From the NCBI RefSeq assembly GCF_009914755.1, contig NC_060926.1: a stretch of 64,000 nucleotides of DNA; one strand, given 5' to 3'. Both the position numbers and the translations under genes were made by a program. The notes under the pieces are model-generated. The model was given only the letters and a program-made list of their open reading frames with translations, did no database searches and was not told the DNA's origin. This document shows, piece by piece, positions 15,545 through 39,202 of this stretch (position 1 is its first letter; each line of letters begins with the position of its first letter). This stretch comes from the human T2T-CHM13v2.0 reference genome, Homo sapiens.

Positions 15545-16115
15545 TTATTACTTGATGCTTATTTTATGTTTATTTTAGACTGTGGAAATAATGTTAGACA
15601 AAAAGCAAATTTGAGTGATTTTCTTATTTGATTTCAAAATGGATCATAAAGTAATGGAGACAACTCACAATGTCAGCAACGCATTTGGCCCAGGAACTGC
15701 TAATGAACAGTGCAGTGTTGGTTCAAGAAGTTTTGCAAAGGAGATGAGAACGTTGAAGATGAGGAGCATAGTGGCCGGTCATCGGAAGTTGACAATGACC
15801 AGTTAAGACCACTCATTGAAGCTGATTCTCTCATAACTACTCGAAAAGTTGCTGAAGAACTCAACATCGAACATTCTATGGTTGTTAGGCATTTGAAGCA
15901 AATTGGAAAGGTGAAAAAGCTCAAAAGTGGGTGCCTCTCGAGCTGAGGGAAAATTTAAAAAATTGTCATTTTGAAATGTCATATTTTCTTATTCTATGCA
16001 ACAGTGGTGAACCATTTCTCAATTTAATTATGACAGTAAAAATTGGATTTTAGATCACTTGAGGTCAGGAGTTTGAGACCAGCCTGACCAACATGGAGAA
16101 AGCTTGTCTCTACTA

Positions 16116-16339
<224 letters not shown>

Positions 16340-16455
16340 TCAGTGGTTAGACCAAGAAGAAGCTCCAAAGCACTTCTCAAGCCAAACTTGCACCAAAAAA
16401 AGGTCATGGTCACTCTTTGGTGGTCTTCTGCCAGTCTGATCCACTACAGCTTTCT

Positions 16456-18238
<1,783 letters not shown>

Positions 18239-18271
18239 CAGTTATCTTTTCATTATTATTTTTTTCCATAA

Positions 18272-18520
<249 letters not shown>

Positions 18521-20298
18521 TAGCCGGGATGGTCTCGATCTCCTGACCTCGTGATCCACCCACCTGAGTCTCCCAAAGTGCTGGGATTACAGGCATGAGC
18601 CACTGCACCCGGCCCGAGTAAGTTCTTTAGTAGTGATTTGTGAGATCCTGGTGCACACCCATTACCCGAGCAGTATACACTGCACCATATATGTTGTCTG
18701 TTATCCCTTGTCCCCCTCCCACTATTCCCCCCAAGTCCCCAAAGTCCATTGTATCATTCTTATGCCTTTGCCTCCTCATAGCTTAGCTCCCACGTATCAG
18801 TGAGAACATACAATGTTTGGTTTTTTATTCCCGAGTTACTTCACTTAGAATAATAGTCTCCAGTCCATCTAGGTCATTGCAAATGCTATTAATTCATTCC
18901 TTTTTACAGGTGAGTAGTATTCCATCATATATATATATCACAGTTCTTTATCCACTCATTGATTGATGGGCATTTGTGTTGGTTCCAGAATTTTGCAGTT
19001 GTGAATTGTGCTGCTATAAACACGCGTGTGCAATTATCTTTTTGCTATAATGACTTCTTTTCCTCTGGGTGGATACCCAGTAGTGGGATTGCTGGATCAA
19101 ATGGTAGTTCTACTTTTAGTTCTTTAAGGAATCTCCACACTGTTTTCCACAGTGACTGTACTAGTTTACATTCCCACCAGCAGTGCAGAAGTGTTCCCTG
19201 TTCACCACATCCACGCCAACATCTACTGTTTTTTGATTTTTTGATTATGGCCATTCTTGCAGGAGTAAGGTGGTATTGCATTGTAGTTTTGATTTGCATT
19301 TCCCTGATTATTATGATGGTGGCCGTTTTTTCATATGTTTGTTGGCCATTTGTATATCTTCTTTTGAGAATTTTCTATTCACGTCCTTAGCACACTTTTT
19401 GATGGGATGGTTTTTTTCTTACTGATTTGTTTGAGTTCATTGTAGATTCAGGTTATTAGTCCTTTGTCAGATGTACAGATTGTGAAGATTTTTCTCCCAC
19501 TCTGTGGGTTGTCAGTTTACTCTGCTGACTGTTCCTTTTGCCATGCAAAAGCTCTTTAGTTTAATTAGGTCCCAGCTATTTATCTTTCTTTTTATTGCAC
19601 TTGCTTTTGGGTTTTTAGTCATGAAATCCTTGCCTAAGCCAATGTCTAGAAGGGTTTTTCCAATGTTAACTTCTGGAATTTTTATAGTTTCAGGTCTTAT
19701 GTTTAAGCCCTTAATCCATTTTCAGTTGCTTTTTGTATAAGGTGAAAGGTGAGGATCCTGTTTCATTCTCCTACATGTGGCTAGCCAATTATCCCAGCAC
19801 TATTTGTTGAAAAGGGTGTCCTTCCCCCCTTTATGTTTTTGTTTGCTTTGTCAAAGATCAGTTGGCTGTAAGTATTTGGGTTTATTTCTGGATTGTTTAT
19901 TCTGTTCCATTGGTCTATGTGCCTATTTTTATACCAGTACCATGCTGTTTTGGTGACTATGGCCTTATAGTATAGTTTGAAATCAGGTAGTGTGATGCCT
20001 GCAGATTTGTTCTTTCTGCTTCTTAGTCTTGCCTTGGCTATGTGGGCTTTTTTTTGGTTCCATATGAATTTTAGAATTGTTTTTTCTAACTCTGTGAAGA
20101 ATGATGGTGGTATTTGGATGGGGACTGTGTTGAATTTGTAGATTGCTTTTGGCAGTATGATCATTTTCACAATATTGATTCTACCCATCCATGAATATGG
20201 GATGTGTTTCCCTTTGTGTCGTCTATGATTTCTTTCAGCAGTGTTTTGTAGTTTTCCTTGTAGAGGTCTTTTGACTCCTTTGTTAGGTATATTCCTAA

Positions 20299-20685
<387 letters not shown>

Positions 20686-21807
20686 TGAGTTCTTGATTTG
20701 ATTTTCAGCCTGGTCACTGTTGGTGTATGGAAGAGCTACTGATTTGTGTACATTAATCTTGTATCCAGAAACTTTGCTGAATTCTTTTATCAGCTCTAGG
20801 AACTTTCTAGAGGAGTCCTTAGGATTTTCAAGGTAAATGTTCATATTGTCAGCAAACACAGATATTTTGACTTCCTTTTTACCGATTTGGATGCCCTTTA
20901 TTTATCTTGTCTGATTGCTCTGTCTAGGACTTCCAGTACTATGTTGAAGAGGAGTGGTTGGAGTGGGCATCCTTGTCTTGTTCCCATTCTCAGAGAGAAT
21001 GCTTCCAACTTTTCCCCATTCAGTATTATGTTGGCTGAGTTTGTCATAGATGGCTTTTATCACATGAAAGTATGTCCCTTGTATGCCGATTTTGCTGATT
21101 TTATGCGATTTTAATCATAAAGGGATACTGATTTTGTTGAATGCTTTTTCTGCATCTATTGAAATAATCATGTGATTTTTGTTTTTAATTCTGTTTATGT
21201 GGTGCATCACATTTATTGACTTGCATATGTTAAACCATCCCTGCATTCTTGTTATGAAACCCACTTGATCATGGTGGATTATCTTTGTGATATGTTGTTG
21301 GATTCAGTTAGCTAGTATTTTGTTAAGGATTTTAGCATCTATGTTCATCAAGGATATTGGTCTTTAGTTTTCTTTTTTGGTTGTGTCCTTTCCTGGTTTT
21401 GGCCTCATAGAATGAATTAGGGAGGGTTCCTTCTTTCTCTATCTTGTGGGATTGTGTCAAAAGGATTGGTACCAATTCTTCTTTGAACATCTGTAGAATT
21501 CTGCTGTGAATCCATCTGGTCCTGGGCATTTTGTTGTTGGTAATTTTTAAATTACTGTTTCAATTTCGCTTCTTGTTATTTGTCTGTTCAGGGTATCTAA
21601 TTCTCCCTGATTTAAGCTAAGAGGGTTGTGTTTTTCCAGAAATTTCTCCATCTTTTCTAGGTTTTCTAGTTTATTCACGTAAAGGTGTTCACAGTAGCCT
21701 TGAATGATCTCTTGTATTTCAGTGGTGTCAGTTGTAATAACTCCTGTTTCATTTCTCAGTGAGGTTATCTGGATTTTCTCTCTTCTTTTCTTGGTTAATC
21801 TTGCTAA

Positions 21808-22194
<387 letters not shown>

Positions 22195-24940
22195 TGATCT
22201 GCCCACCTCAGCCTCCCAAAGTGCCAGAATTACAGGTGTGAGCCACCGAGTCTGGCCCTCTTTGTTTCTTTTAACTGCTGTTGCTTTAAAGTTTGTTTTG
22301 CCTGATATAAGAATAACTACCCCTGCTCTCTTTTGGTGTCCATTTGCATGAAGTGCCTTTTCCCTCCCCTTTACTTTAAGTTTATATGAGTCCTTATGTG
22401 TTAGGTGAGTCTTCTGAAGAAAGCAGATAGTTGGTTAGTGAGTTCTTATCCATTCTGCTGTTCTGTATCTTTTATTTTTGAGATGGAGTTTTGCTCTTGT
22501 TGTCCAGGCTAGAGTGCAATGGCATGATCTCAGCTCAGTGTAACTTCTGCCTCCTGGGTTCAAGAAATTCTCCTGCCTCAGCCTCCCTCGTAGCTGAGAT
22601 TGCAGGTGTGTGCCACCAAGCCCAGCTAATTTTTGTATTTTTAGTAGAGACGGAGTTTCACCATGTTGGTCAGTCTGGTCTTGAACTCCTGACCTCAGGT
22701 GTTCAACATTCTCTCTACCCGCCTTGACCTCCCAAAGTGCTGGGATTACAGGTGTGAGCCACCATGCCCAGCCATCTGTATCACTGAAGTGGAGCATTTA
22801 GGCCATTTGCATTCAGTGTTAGTATAGAAATGTGAGGTACTGTTGCATTCATCATGCTTTTTGTTGGCCTGTGTACTTAGTTTTGTTTTTTGTTTTTGTT
22901 TTTTAACTTGTATTTTTGTTTTATAGGTCCTATGTAATGTATGCTTTAAAGAGATTCATTTTGATGTGTTTTCAGGACTTGTTTCAAGATTTAGAGCTCC
23001 TTTTAGCAGTTCTTGTAGTGGTGGCTTGGTAATGGCAAATTCTCTCAGCATTTGTTTGTCTGAAAACAACTGTATCTTTCCTTCATATATGATGCTTAGT
23101 TTCACTGGATGCAAAATTCTTGGCTGATGATTATTTTGTTTGAGGAGGCTGAAGATAGGGCCCCAATCCCTTCTAGCTTGTGGGGTTTCTGCTGAGAAAT
23201 CTGCAGTGAATCTGATAGATTTTCCTTTATGGGGTACCCAGTGCTTCCTTCTGTCTCACAGCTCTTAAGATTCTTTCCTTCATCTTAACTTTGGATAACC
23301 TGATGACAATGTGCCTAGGTGAAGATCTGTTTTCAATGAATTTACCGGGTGTTCTTTGTGCTTCTTGTATTTGGATGTCTAGGTCTATAGCAAGACTGGG
23401 GACGTTTTCCTCGATTATTCCGCAAATATGTTTTCTAAGCTTTTAGAATTGTCTCCTTCCTCAGGAACACCGATTTTTCTTAGTTTGGTCATTTAACATA
23501 ATCCCAGACTTCTTGGAGGCTTTGTTTATATGTTCTTATTCTTCTTTGTCTGTGTTGGATTGGGTTAATTGGAAGACCTTGTGCTTGAGCTCTGAATTTC
23601 TTTCTTCTATTCATTCAGTTCTATTGTTGAGACTTTCCAGAGCATTTTGCATTTCTAAAAGTGTGTCCAAAGTTTCCTGAATTTTTTGTTTTTTCTTTAA
23701 GCTATCAATTTCATTGAATATTTCTCCCTTCACTTCTTGTGTCATTTTTTTGATTTCCTTGCATAAGGCTTTGCCTTTTTCTGGTCCCTCCCTGATTAGC
23801 TTAATAACTAACCTCCTGAATTATTTTTCAGGTAAATCAGGGATTTCTTCTTGGTTTGGAGCCACTGCTGGTGAACTAGTGCGATTTTTGGGGGGTGTTG
23901 ACGAGCCTTGTTTTATCATATTACCAGGGTTGGTTTTCTGGTTCCTTCTCATTTGGGTAGGCTCTGTCAGAGGGAAGGTCTAGGGCTGAAGGCTGTTGTT
24001 CAGATTTTTTTGACCCACAGGGTGTTCCCTTTAGGTAGCACTCTCCCCCTTTTCCTACAGATGTGGCTTCCTGTGAGCCAAACTGCAGTGATTGTTGTCT
24101 CTCTTCTGGGTCTAGCCTCCCAGCAAGTCTACCAGGGTCCGGGACTGGTACTGGTGATTGTCTGCACAGAGTTCTGTAATGTGAACTGTCTATGGGTCTC
24201 TCAGCCATAGATACTAGCGCCTGTTCCGGTGTAGGTGGCAGGGGAGTGCAGTGGACTCCAGGAAGGTCCTTAGCTTTGGTGGTTTAGTGCTCTATTTTTG
24301 TGCTGGTTGGCCTCCTGTTAGGAGGTGGTGTTTTCTAGAAAGCATCAGCTGTAGCAGTGTGGAGAGGGACCAGTGATAGGCAGCATCCTAGAACTCCCAA
24401 GATTATATGCCCTTTGTCTTCCGCTACCAGGGTGGGTAGGGAAGGACCATCAGGTGGGGACAGGGCTAGGCATGTCTGAGCTCAGACTCTCCTTGGGTGG
24501 TTCTTGCTTCAGCTGCTGTAGGGGACGGAGGTGAGGTTCCCAGGTCACTGGAGTTGTGTACCCAGGAGGATTATGGCTGTCTCTGCTGAGCCATGCAGGT
24601 TGTCAGGGAAGTTGGGGAAAGCTGGCAGTCACAGGCCTCACCCTACTCCCACGCAAACTGAAGGGCCAGTCTTACTCTCACTGTGCCCCCTGCAATAGCC
24701 CCAAGCCTGTTTCCATGTGGAGGGTAAAATGGGCTTGAAAATTTGCCCATGGCTTCCCACCTCCCAGTTGTGAAAGAATTGGGCTTTAGTTCTTCCTCTG
24801 CATGTGAATTCTGCCAGATTCACACCCTACCCGCCCCCGCCGCCGCCGCCCCAATTCTGGCCAGGAGGCTTCTTGCCCGGTTCAAACTGTTACTAAGTTC
24901 AGCTAAAGAATCCCTTCTCCCTGCGGAGTTTTACCCCCTT

Positions 24941-25422
24941 TGTGTCCGGAGTTGGTTCCTTCTGGTGGGTTCTTGGTCTTGCTGACTTCAAGAATGAAGT
25001 CACGGACCTTCGCGGTGTTACAGCTCTTAAAGGTGACATGGACCCAAAGAGTGAGCAGCAGCAAGATTTATTGTGAGGAGCAAAAGAACAAAGCTTCTGA
25101 GTGGGTTACTGCTGCTGGCTGAGGGGCTGGGGGTGGCCAGCTTTTATTCCCTTATTTGTCCCCACCCACGTCCTGCTGATTGGTCCATTTTACAGAGTGT
25201 TGATTGGTCCATTTTACAGAGTGTTGATTGGTCCATTTTAAAAACCTCTAGCTAGCCACAGAGCGCTGATTGGTGCACTTTTACAGAGCACTGATAGGTG
25301 CATTTTACAAACCTCTAACTAGCTGCAGAACGCTGATTGGTACATTTTACAATCCTCTTGTAAGACAAAAAAGTTCTCTACGTCCCCACTCAACCCAGAA
25401 GTCCAGCTGGCTTCACCTCTCA
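24941..25422 (-). mobile_element. LTR12-family (ERV9; LTR12F-like) solo LTR inside the L1 5' UTR
   Basis: Minus strand starts TGAGAGGTGAAGCCAGCTGG and ends CCGGACACA, with tandem CTGATTGG (CCAAT/NF-Y) repeats. Confidence 0.85.
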
Positions 25423-26252
25423 CTTGCTCCTGTGGCCACCCTCCTAATGGATCCCTATGGTGCCAGGCAGGAAAGGGGTGCTTGGGGACCCAGTGAGCTA
25501 CCAGGGCCTTTGTGCTGCTTCCTCTACCCCTGTGTTTCACTCAGCTTGGCTCTAACTTGACTCAGCTCCAGGTAAAGTCGGGAACTTCTCCTGCAAACAG
25601 ACCTTCAGCTTCTCCAGTAGGGGGTGTATGTTCAGGAGAGTGGGGGGGGTCTCCCTTTCCCTCTTCTGTGGTTGGGATTGGGGCGCTCACAGTATTTGGG
25701 GTGTCTCCCAGGTCCTGCGGGAGCAGTCCACTTCCTTCAGAGGGTCTGTGGGTCCTCTCAGGATTGCGGTCTGTTCTTGTAGTGGATCTGGAGCTACAAT
25801 TCACAGTGCAAGCCTCCACACACTGCTGTGTCCAGGGCTGCAATCTGGTCCTCCCTCCCATCCGCCATGATCCAGCCCCAGCTCAACATCTATTATTTTT
25901 TTTATTCATTACAGCTTTCTGAATCCCAGCGAAACCATTAGGTCTGAGAAGAATGCTCAGCAAGTCAATGAGATGCACCGAAAACTGCCACGCCTGCAGC
26001 CAGCATTGATCAACAGAAAGGGTCCAATTCTCCATGACAATGCCCGACCTCATGTCGCACAGCCAACGCTTCAAAAGTTAAACAAGTTGGGCTATAAAGT
26101 TTTGTTTCATCTGCCACATTACCCTGACTTCTTGCCAACTGACTACCACTTCTTCAAGCATCTCGACAACTTTTTGCAGGAAAATGCTTCCATAACCAGC
26201 AGGATGCAGAAAATGCCTTCTAAGAATCATGAACTTTTTTTTTTTTTTTTGA

Positions 26253-26411
<159 letters not shown>

Positions 26412-27189
26412 TAGTAAAGACGAGGTTTCTCCATGTTGGTCAGGCTGGTCTCGATCTCCCAGCCTCAGGTGATCCACTCGCTTTGGCCTCCGAAAGTGCT
26501 GAGATTACAGGCATGAGCCACCGCGCCTGGCCCTGAAGCATGGATTTTTATGCTACAGGAATAAACAAACTTATTTCTCATTGACAAATATGTGTTGATT
26601 GTAATGCTTCCTATTTTGATTAATAAAGATGTGTTTGAGCATAGTTATAATAATTTAAAATTCATGGTCCAAAACCACAATTACTTTTGCACCAACCTAT
26701 ACCTGGATGCACTTTTTCACAAGATTAACGCATGCCTCTGAGGCTCATTCAAGTTCCAAACAGAATCATTTGTAAGTGAATTTTTATCTCCCTTGTCCAT
26801 TCATTCTCCCTAATCATCATTTACTGCCCTTCAAAAGAATTGTGTACATTCCCGTGTCCTCCCTCCCCTATGAAAAAGGGTAGGTACAGCCGGGCACGGT
26901 GGCTCCTGCCTGTCATCCCAGCACTTTGGGAGGTCGTGGCGGGCAGATCACCTGAGGTTGAAAGTTCGAGACCAGCCTGACCAACATGGAGAAACCCCGT
27001 CTCTACTAAAAATACAAAATTAGCTGGGTGTGATGGCACATGCCTGTAATCCCAGTTAGTTGGGAGGCTGAGGCAGGAGAATCGCTTGAAGCCAGGAGGC
27101 AGAGGTTGCAATGAGCCGAGATCGTGCCACTCCACTTCTACTGCATCCGGGGTGCCAGAGCGAGTCTGTCTCAAAAAAAAAAAAAGAAA

Positions 27190-28947
<1,758 letters not shown>

Positions 28948-29509
28948 TGATTGCCTTAGCTACAATATGAAGAAAATATTACAATGAAGATAGGTTGAAT
29001 AAACAAAATGGGAGGTATTGTTACATCTCACATTATCTGTCTTACTTTAACTTTTGCTCTTGCCATTCCACAAGAAAAATGTGAAACATTAAAGAAAAAT
29101 ATTGAGATAAAGTATCCACGTGTTGATAATTGAATTAAATGTGGAGCCTGAAGAACAAGCTGATTTCTTATTTACATTGAAGAATGATTATGAAACATTA
29201 AGATGAAAAAATGTAACTATCAAGTAGAAAGATTGTAATGTTATTATTATCACTGTTTCCAGTGACCTTCCAATGTCAAATACAAAGGCAACCCTGACCT
29301 GATTAAAGTCAAAAGCGAGTCCTGGCTCTTGTGCATGGTGTATTGTCCATGTGTTTCAGGCTGTACTGAATGTATCAAGAAGCAAGGACACTCATTACAA
29401 TATATATAGAAAATATGAAGTAATATATACATTAATATATAACTATAAAATATATGATATAAGAAACTTTTTTTTCCGAGTGTAAGAGTGTGGATTTGTT
29501 TATCTGTTT

Positions 29510-30342
29510 GTTATGTACTGAATGGTTGTGTGTCTCCTCACATTCCTATGTCCCCATTGTGATGGGATTCAGAGGGGGGCCTTTGGGAGATAATGAGGTC
29601 ATAAGTGCAGAGCCCTTATTATGGGATTAGTTCCCTTCTAAAAGAGTCATAAGACAGATGATCCATCTCTCTCTCTACCATTTGAGGATACAAGGAGCAG
29701 ATGGCATTTGCAAACCAGGAAGAGCACCCTTAGGAGACACTGCATTTGCTAATGCCTTGATCCTGGACTTCCAGCCTCCAGAACTGTGAGAAATAAATGT
29801 CTGTTGTTAGCCACGTGTGGTGGCGTGCAACTGTAGTCTCAAGCTACTACTGGGACAGGAGTCCAGGAGTTCCAGGCTGCAGTGTGTTATGGTCATGCCT
29901 GTGAATAGCCACTGTACTCCAGCCTAGGCAATGTAGAGAGAGCCTGTCTCTTTGTTTTTTTGAGACAGGGTCTCACAATATTGCCCAGGCTGGAGTGCAG
30001 TGGCAGCATCACGGCTCACCGCAGCCTCAACTTCCCGGGTTCAAGTGATCCTCCCAACTCAACCTAACGAGTAGCTGGGACTACAGGCACATGCCAACAG
30101 CCCGGCTAATTTTTCTGTATTTTTTGTGGAGACAGGGTTTTTGCCTTGTTGGCAAGGCTAGTCTCAAACTCCAAACTCCTGACCTCAAGCAATCCACTCA
30201 CCTTGGCCTCCCAAAGTGCTGGGATTATAGGTGAGAGCCAAGGGCCCAGCCAAGACCCTGTCTTTTTTTTTTTTTAAAGTCTGTTTTTTAAGCCACCCAG
30301 TCTATGGCATTCTGTTATAGTGGCCCAAATGGACTAAGACGC
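29510..30342 (+). mobile_element. MLT1A-type MaLR LTR with Alu insertions
   Basis: CCTTGATCCTGGACTTCCAGCCTCCAGAACTGTGAGAAATAAAT and TAAGCCACCCAGTCTATGG…GACTAAGAC hallmarks. Confidence 0.75.
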
Positions 30343-30459
30343 TGCTGTATTTAAAGAATATTTTGGGCCGGGCGCGGTGGCTCACGCCTGTAATCCCAGC
30401 ACTTTGGGAGGCCGAGGCGGGCGGATCACGAGGTCAGAAGATCAAGACTATCCTGGCTA

Positions 30460-30681
<222 letters not shown>

Positions 30682-30853
30682 TCAAGAGTTCGAGACCAGC
30701 CTGGGCAAAAAGGTGAAACTTTGTCTCTACTAAAATACAAAAAATTAGATGGACGTGGCAGCGTATGCCTGTAGTCCCAGCTACTTGGGAGGCTGAGGCA
30801 GGGGAATTGCTTAAACCTGGGAGGTGGTTAAGCAAACCTGGGAGCCAAGATCA

Positions 30854-31778
<925 letters not shown>

Positions 31779-32389
31779 TATATGGAGTAGAATATTCTTT
31801 TCTGAAATTGCAGTTTCAGTTATGAGTATGTGTGCTGGGTGTCAGTACAAGATGCATTTCTTTTTTTCTTTTCTTTTTTTTTTTGAGATGGAGTCTCACT
31901 GTGTCGCCCAGACTGGAGTGCAGTGGCACGATCTTGGCTCACTGCAACCTCCGCCTCTGGGTTCAAGCCATTCTCCTGCCTCAGCCTCCCAAGTAGCTGG
32001 GACTACAGGCATGTGCCACTACGCCTGGCTAATTTTTGTACTTTTAGTAGAAACGGGGTTTCACTGTGTTAGCCAGGCTGGTCTCAAACTCCTGACCCAA
32101 ATAATCTGCCTGCCTCGGCCTCCCAAAATGCTGGGATTACAGACGTGAGCCACCACGCCCAGCCAAGATGCATTTCTTATTATGGGGTGTAGGTCAAAAT
32201 GCATGGAAAATACTGAGCTAGAAGAAAGGAAAGCTTCTGCCTCTCCCTCTGAAGCAAGACAGTTGAAGTAGAACCTTCCACAAGGCGAACTTAGAGAAAC
32301 CCTGGTCCCACATTTCCCAGGGAAGGACTAAGAAAAAGAAATGGCCTCTATGGCTTTGGGTTCTGTAGGTAAAAGACTCTAGAGCACTG

Positions 32390-33712
<1,323 letters not shown>

Positions 33713-35161
33713 CTACAGCTCTATTCTTAGAGACTCAGGCCCTGCCTCTTCTGTGCTTCACCTTGATTCTTGTCTTATCTGTTTCTTCCAGCTTCCATCC
33801 TTTTGGCGACTACCAAGATCTCCTTCTGACCAGTCTCTTTTAACTGAGGACTTCCTTGGTCCTAACATTGACTTGACATCTTCCTGAGGCTGCCTCTTCA
33901 TTTTCCATCTCTGCTCTGGCAGTGCAGCTCAAGGGTAGTGGTCCTGCTCTGGCACCTGGCCCAGGCGATGATCCACAGTGCCATGACTTCAGGACTGCCA
34001 TGCACCAGCCAGAAGGTATGTTAGCCACCCAAGGCCACAAGGCCACCCAAGAAGCCGATCGCCGTTAGAAAAACAGCTAATAGCATCAGGCCGGGAGCGG
34101 TGGCTCATGCCTGTAATCCTAGCAATTTGAGAGGCTGAGGCGGGTGGATCACCTGAGGTCAGGAGTTTCAAACCAGCCTGGCCAACATGGTGAAACCCTG
34201 TCTTTACTAAAAAAAAATACACAAAAAAATTAGCTAGGCATGGTTGCAAGAGGGAGGCTGAGGCAGAAGAATCGCTTGAACCCGGGAGGCGGAGGTTGCA
34301 GTGAGCCAAGATTGTGCCACTGTACTGCAGCTTGGGGGACACAGCGTGACTCTGTCTCAAAAAAAAAAAAAAAAAAGAAAAAGAAAAACAGCTAACAGCA
34401 TCAGCAGTACAGAATGGGAATTCCTGCAGTCCCACGTCCCGTGGACCTATTCCTGCCTCCTGAGGGTTTTGGCCCTACTTCTGTGGCTTCCCTGACCATA
34501 TCATTTCATATTTTGATGGCTGGCTCATGACCTGCATTTGTAGTGCCACACATGGCCTTCTAGATTGAAGACGTCCGCATTTCCATTGCTCACTTAACCC
34601 CGTCAGTGGCCATATGGAACATATCCACCTCCCGCAGTGCATCCTTGCAGAGCCCGTCTGCCAGTTCACAGTAATTAGGTTTGCCACTCCCTTGGTTTTC
34701 CTTAGCATTCCCACTCTGGCACCTGCTCAACATTTGGAGGAATTCCATGCTCCCATAAGACCAGAATGATACCTTCAGGTGGCAGGAAAGAACCACTCTT
34801 AAATCTCCAACCAACCAACCTCATTTGTAGGAGAGGTCATCCCAGAGAGAACTCTGTGCAGCTCAGCTCCTGCACTCCCTGTGTGTCAGTGGCACACTCT
34901 GGCCTCTAGAGGGATCTCCAAGAACGAGGAAGAGAAGGAGGCTCCACACGGTCACAGAATGGGGGTCCAGGAGCTTAAATCATCAGCTGTCCTGGAAAAG
35001 GGGGCTCATGTCTTGACCGTATCTCCAAATGCACTGATGTCCTTTCGTATCCTTTGGGCAAGCACGTCCTACTTGATTTACCCTGCCTGGTCTGTTTTTT
35101 CTCTCTGGTTACTGGCAACATTCATCTATGACTGCTTAGGCTGAGCCTGGCCTCACCATCA

Positions 35162-35371
<210 letters not shown>

Positions 35372-35763
35372 TCAGGAGGCTGAGGCAGGAGAATCACTTG
35401 AACCTGGGAGGTGGTTGCAGTGAGCTGAGATCATGCCACTGCACTCCATTCTGGGCGACAGAGTGAGACTCCGTCTCAAAAAAAAAAAAAAAAATTCCAG
35501 AGTTTGACAAACAGGTACAGTGGATATATCTAGAAAGCAACCAGTCTGGGCAAATGGGCAAATGTACACATCCAATCTCATCTAGGCTTCTTCCTAGGAT
35601 GAAACAGTGTTCTGCATTATGTTTAGTTTTGACTTTGTCCTTAAAGCTTACTGTCAGAAGTACTTAAAAATATGTTTCTTTTTCCATCTGATTTTGAAAT
35701 TTTCAAACATCACAGAAGACATGGAAAAAAAGTATAATGAGCAGCTATATTCCACCCACCTAG

Positions 35764-36063
<300 letters not shown>

Positions 36064-36580
36064 TGAGTCATCACGCCTGGCCGATTCAACAATTTTTAAC
36101 ATTTTGGACATCTGCGTTTCTTGTGCCCTCAGTCATCCCCCATACATGTATATAATTGTGTACATTTTTATACGCCCACTTTTTCCCCCTGAACTGAATA
36201 CACATTCAGGCATAGTTGCTTCACTATAAAATACTTCAGTAAGCATCCCCTAAGAAGGATAATTTTCTCCAACACTAACTTGCTACAATGAGCTCCAGAG
36301 TCCCCAGAGAAGCTGAGTCCTTTATTATTCAGTTATTCCCCCAGGTGGCTTCTCAGCAGGTGGATCAGTAGGGACAGGCAGGCACCCAGTGCCAGACTGT
36401 TGCCTCCAGCTATTCCCAAGGGCCAGCCATTGAGCCTGTCTTTTAATAGTTCGGTGGGGCCTAGTCCTGATTCTGTTAAGAGGCCAGAGTCCAGGCTTTC
36501 TAGGAACAAAAAACCCAGTAATCCCTTTATTTTATGTTTCACATTTTATTCTTTTTCAACAGGCCTTGCGGCTGGGCTCA

Positions 36581-36706
<126 letters not shown>

Positions 36707-37022
36707 TCAGGCATGGTGGTGCACGCCTGTAATTCCAGCTACTTCAGGAGGCTAAGGAAGGAGAATCGCTCCAACCCAGGAGGCAGAGGTTGCAGTGAGC
36801 CGAGATCTGAGATCGTGCCACTGCACTTCCGCCTAGGTGACAGAGTGAGACTCCACCTCAAAAAGAAAAGGAAAAAAAAGGCCAGGCATGATGGCTTACA
36901 CCTGTAATCCCAGCACACTTTGGGAGGCCAAGGCGGGCAGACCGCCTGAGGTAGGGAGTTCAAGACCAGCCTGGCAACATCGGTGAAACCCGATCTCTAC
37001 TTAAAAAAAAAAAAAAAAATTA

Positions 37023-37313
<291 letters not shown>

Positions 37314-37481
37314 TCATTCCCAAGGTTGCCTACATGCTTACAAGAAAATCTGTGTGTATATATGGTTCCCTTTCGTTACAGAAACAGTAGCACATTATAT
37401 ATACTGTTCTGCACATGTTTCCAACAATACTTTAAAAGCATGTAACTAGAATGAGGGTCTAAGTCCACGCAGCCAAAGACC

Positions 37482-38713
<1,232 letters not shown>

Positions 38714-39104
38714 GGCCAGGCGCAGTGGCTCATGCCTGTAACGTCCGCACTTTGGGAGGCCGAGTTACGTGGATGGCTTGAGCCCAGCAGATCAAGACCA
38801 GCCTGAGCAGCATGGCAAAACCTTGTCTCTATGAAAAAAAAAAAAATTAGCTTGACATGGTGGCACAAGCCTACAGTCCCATCTACTTGGGAGGCTGAGA
38901 TAGCAGGATCACTTGAGCCCAAGAGTTTGAGGCTGCAGTGAGCTATGATCACTGCACTCAGCCTGGGTGATAGGGCAAGACCCTGTCTCAAAAAAACACA
39001 CATGTAAAACAAAAAAGGCAACTGTGGTTTTGACTGCTGCTAGTTAGTTTCCAGAGTGTCAGAGGCCAAGTACAGGCCAAGCATCATTAGAAACAGGGTC
39101 ATCT

Positions 39105-39202
39105 TGCTGGTCCAAGTGCAGTGGTGTTTACAACCAATTGATCACAGCCAGTTACAGATTTATTTGTTCCTTCTCCACTTCCACTGCATCTCTTGACTAG
39201 CC
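39105..39202 (+). pseudogene. Y3 RNA (RNY3) retropseudogene
   Basis: GCTGGTCCAAGTGCAGTGGTGTTTACAA…TTGACTAGCC matches hY3. A-tail to ~39219. TSD AGAAA(C/T)AGGGTCATC at 39089 and 39220. Confidence 0.92.

Noticed and set aside
25170-25350. CRISPR-like or novel repeat array (CTGATTGG…TTTTACA units)
   Set aside because: These are the standard LTR12 CCAAT tandem repeats, with no unique spacers, in eukaryotic DNA.
39105-39202. Functional RNY3 gene
   Set aside because: A-tail and TSD are present, the Pol III terminator is replaced, there are several substitutions and no evident upstream PSE/TATA, so it is a retropseudogene.
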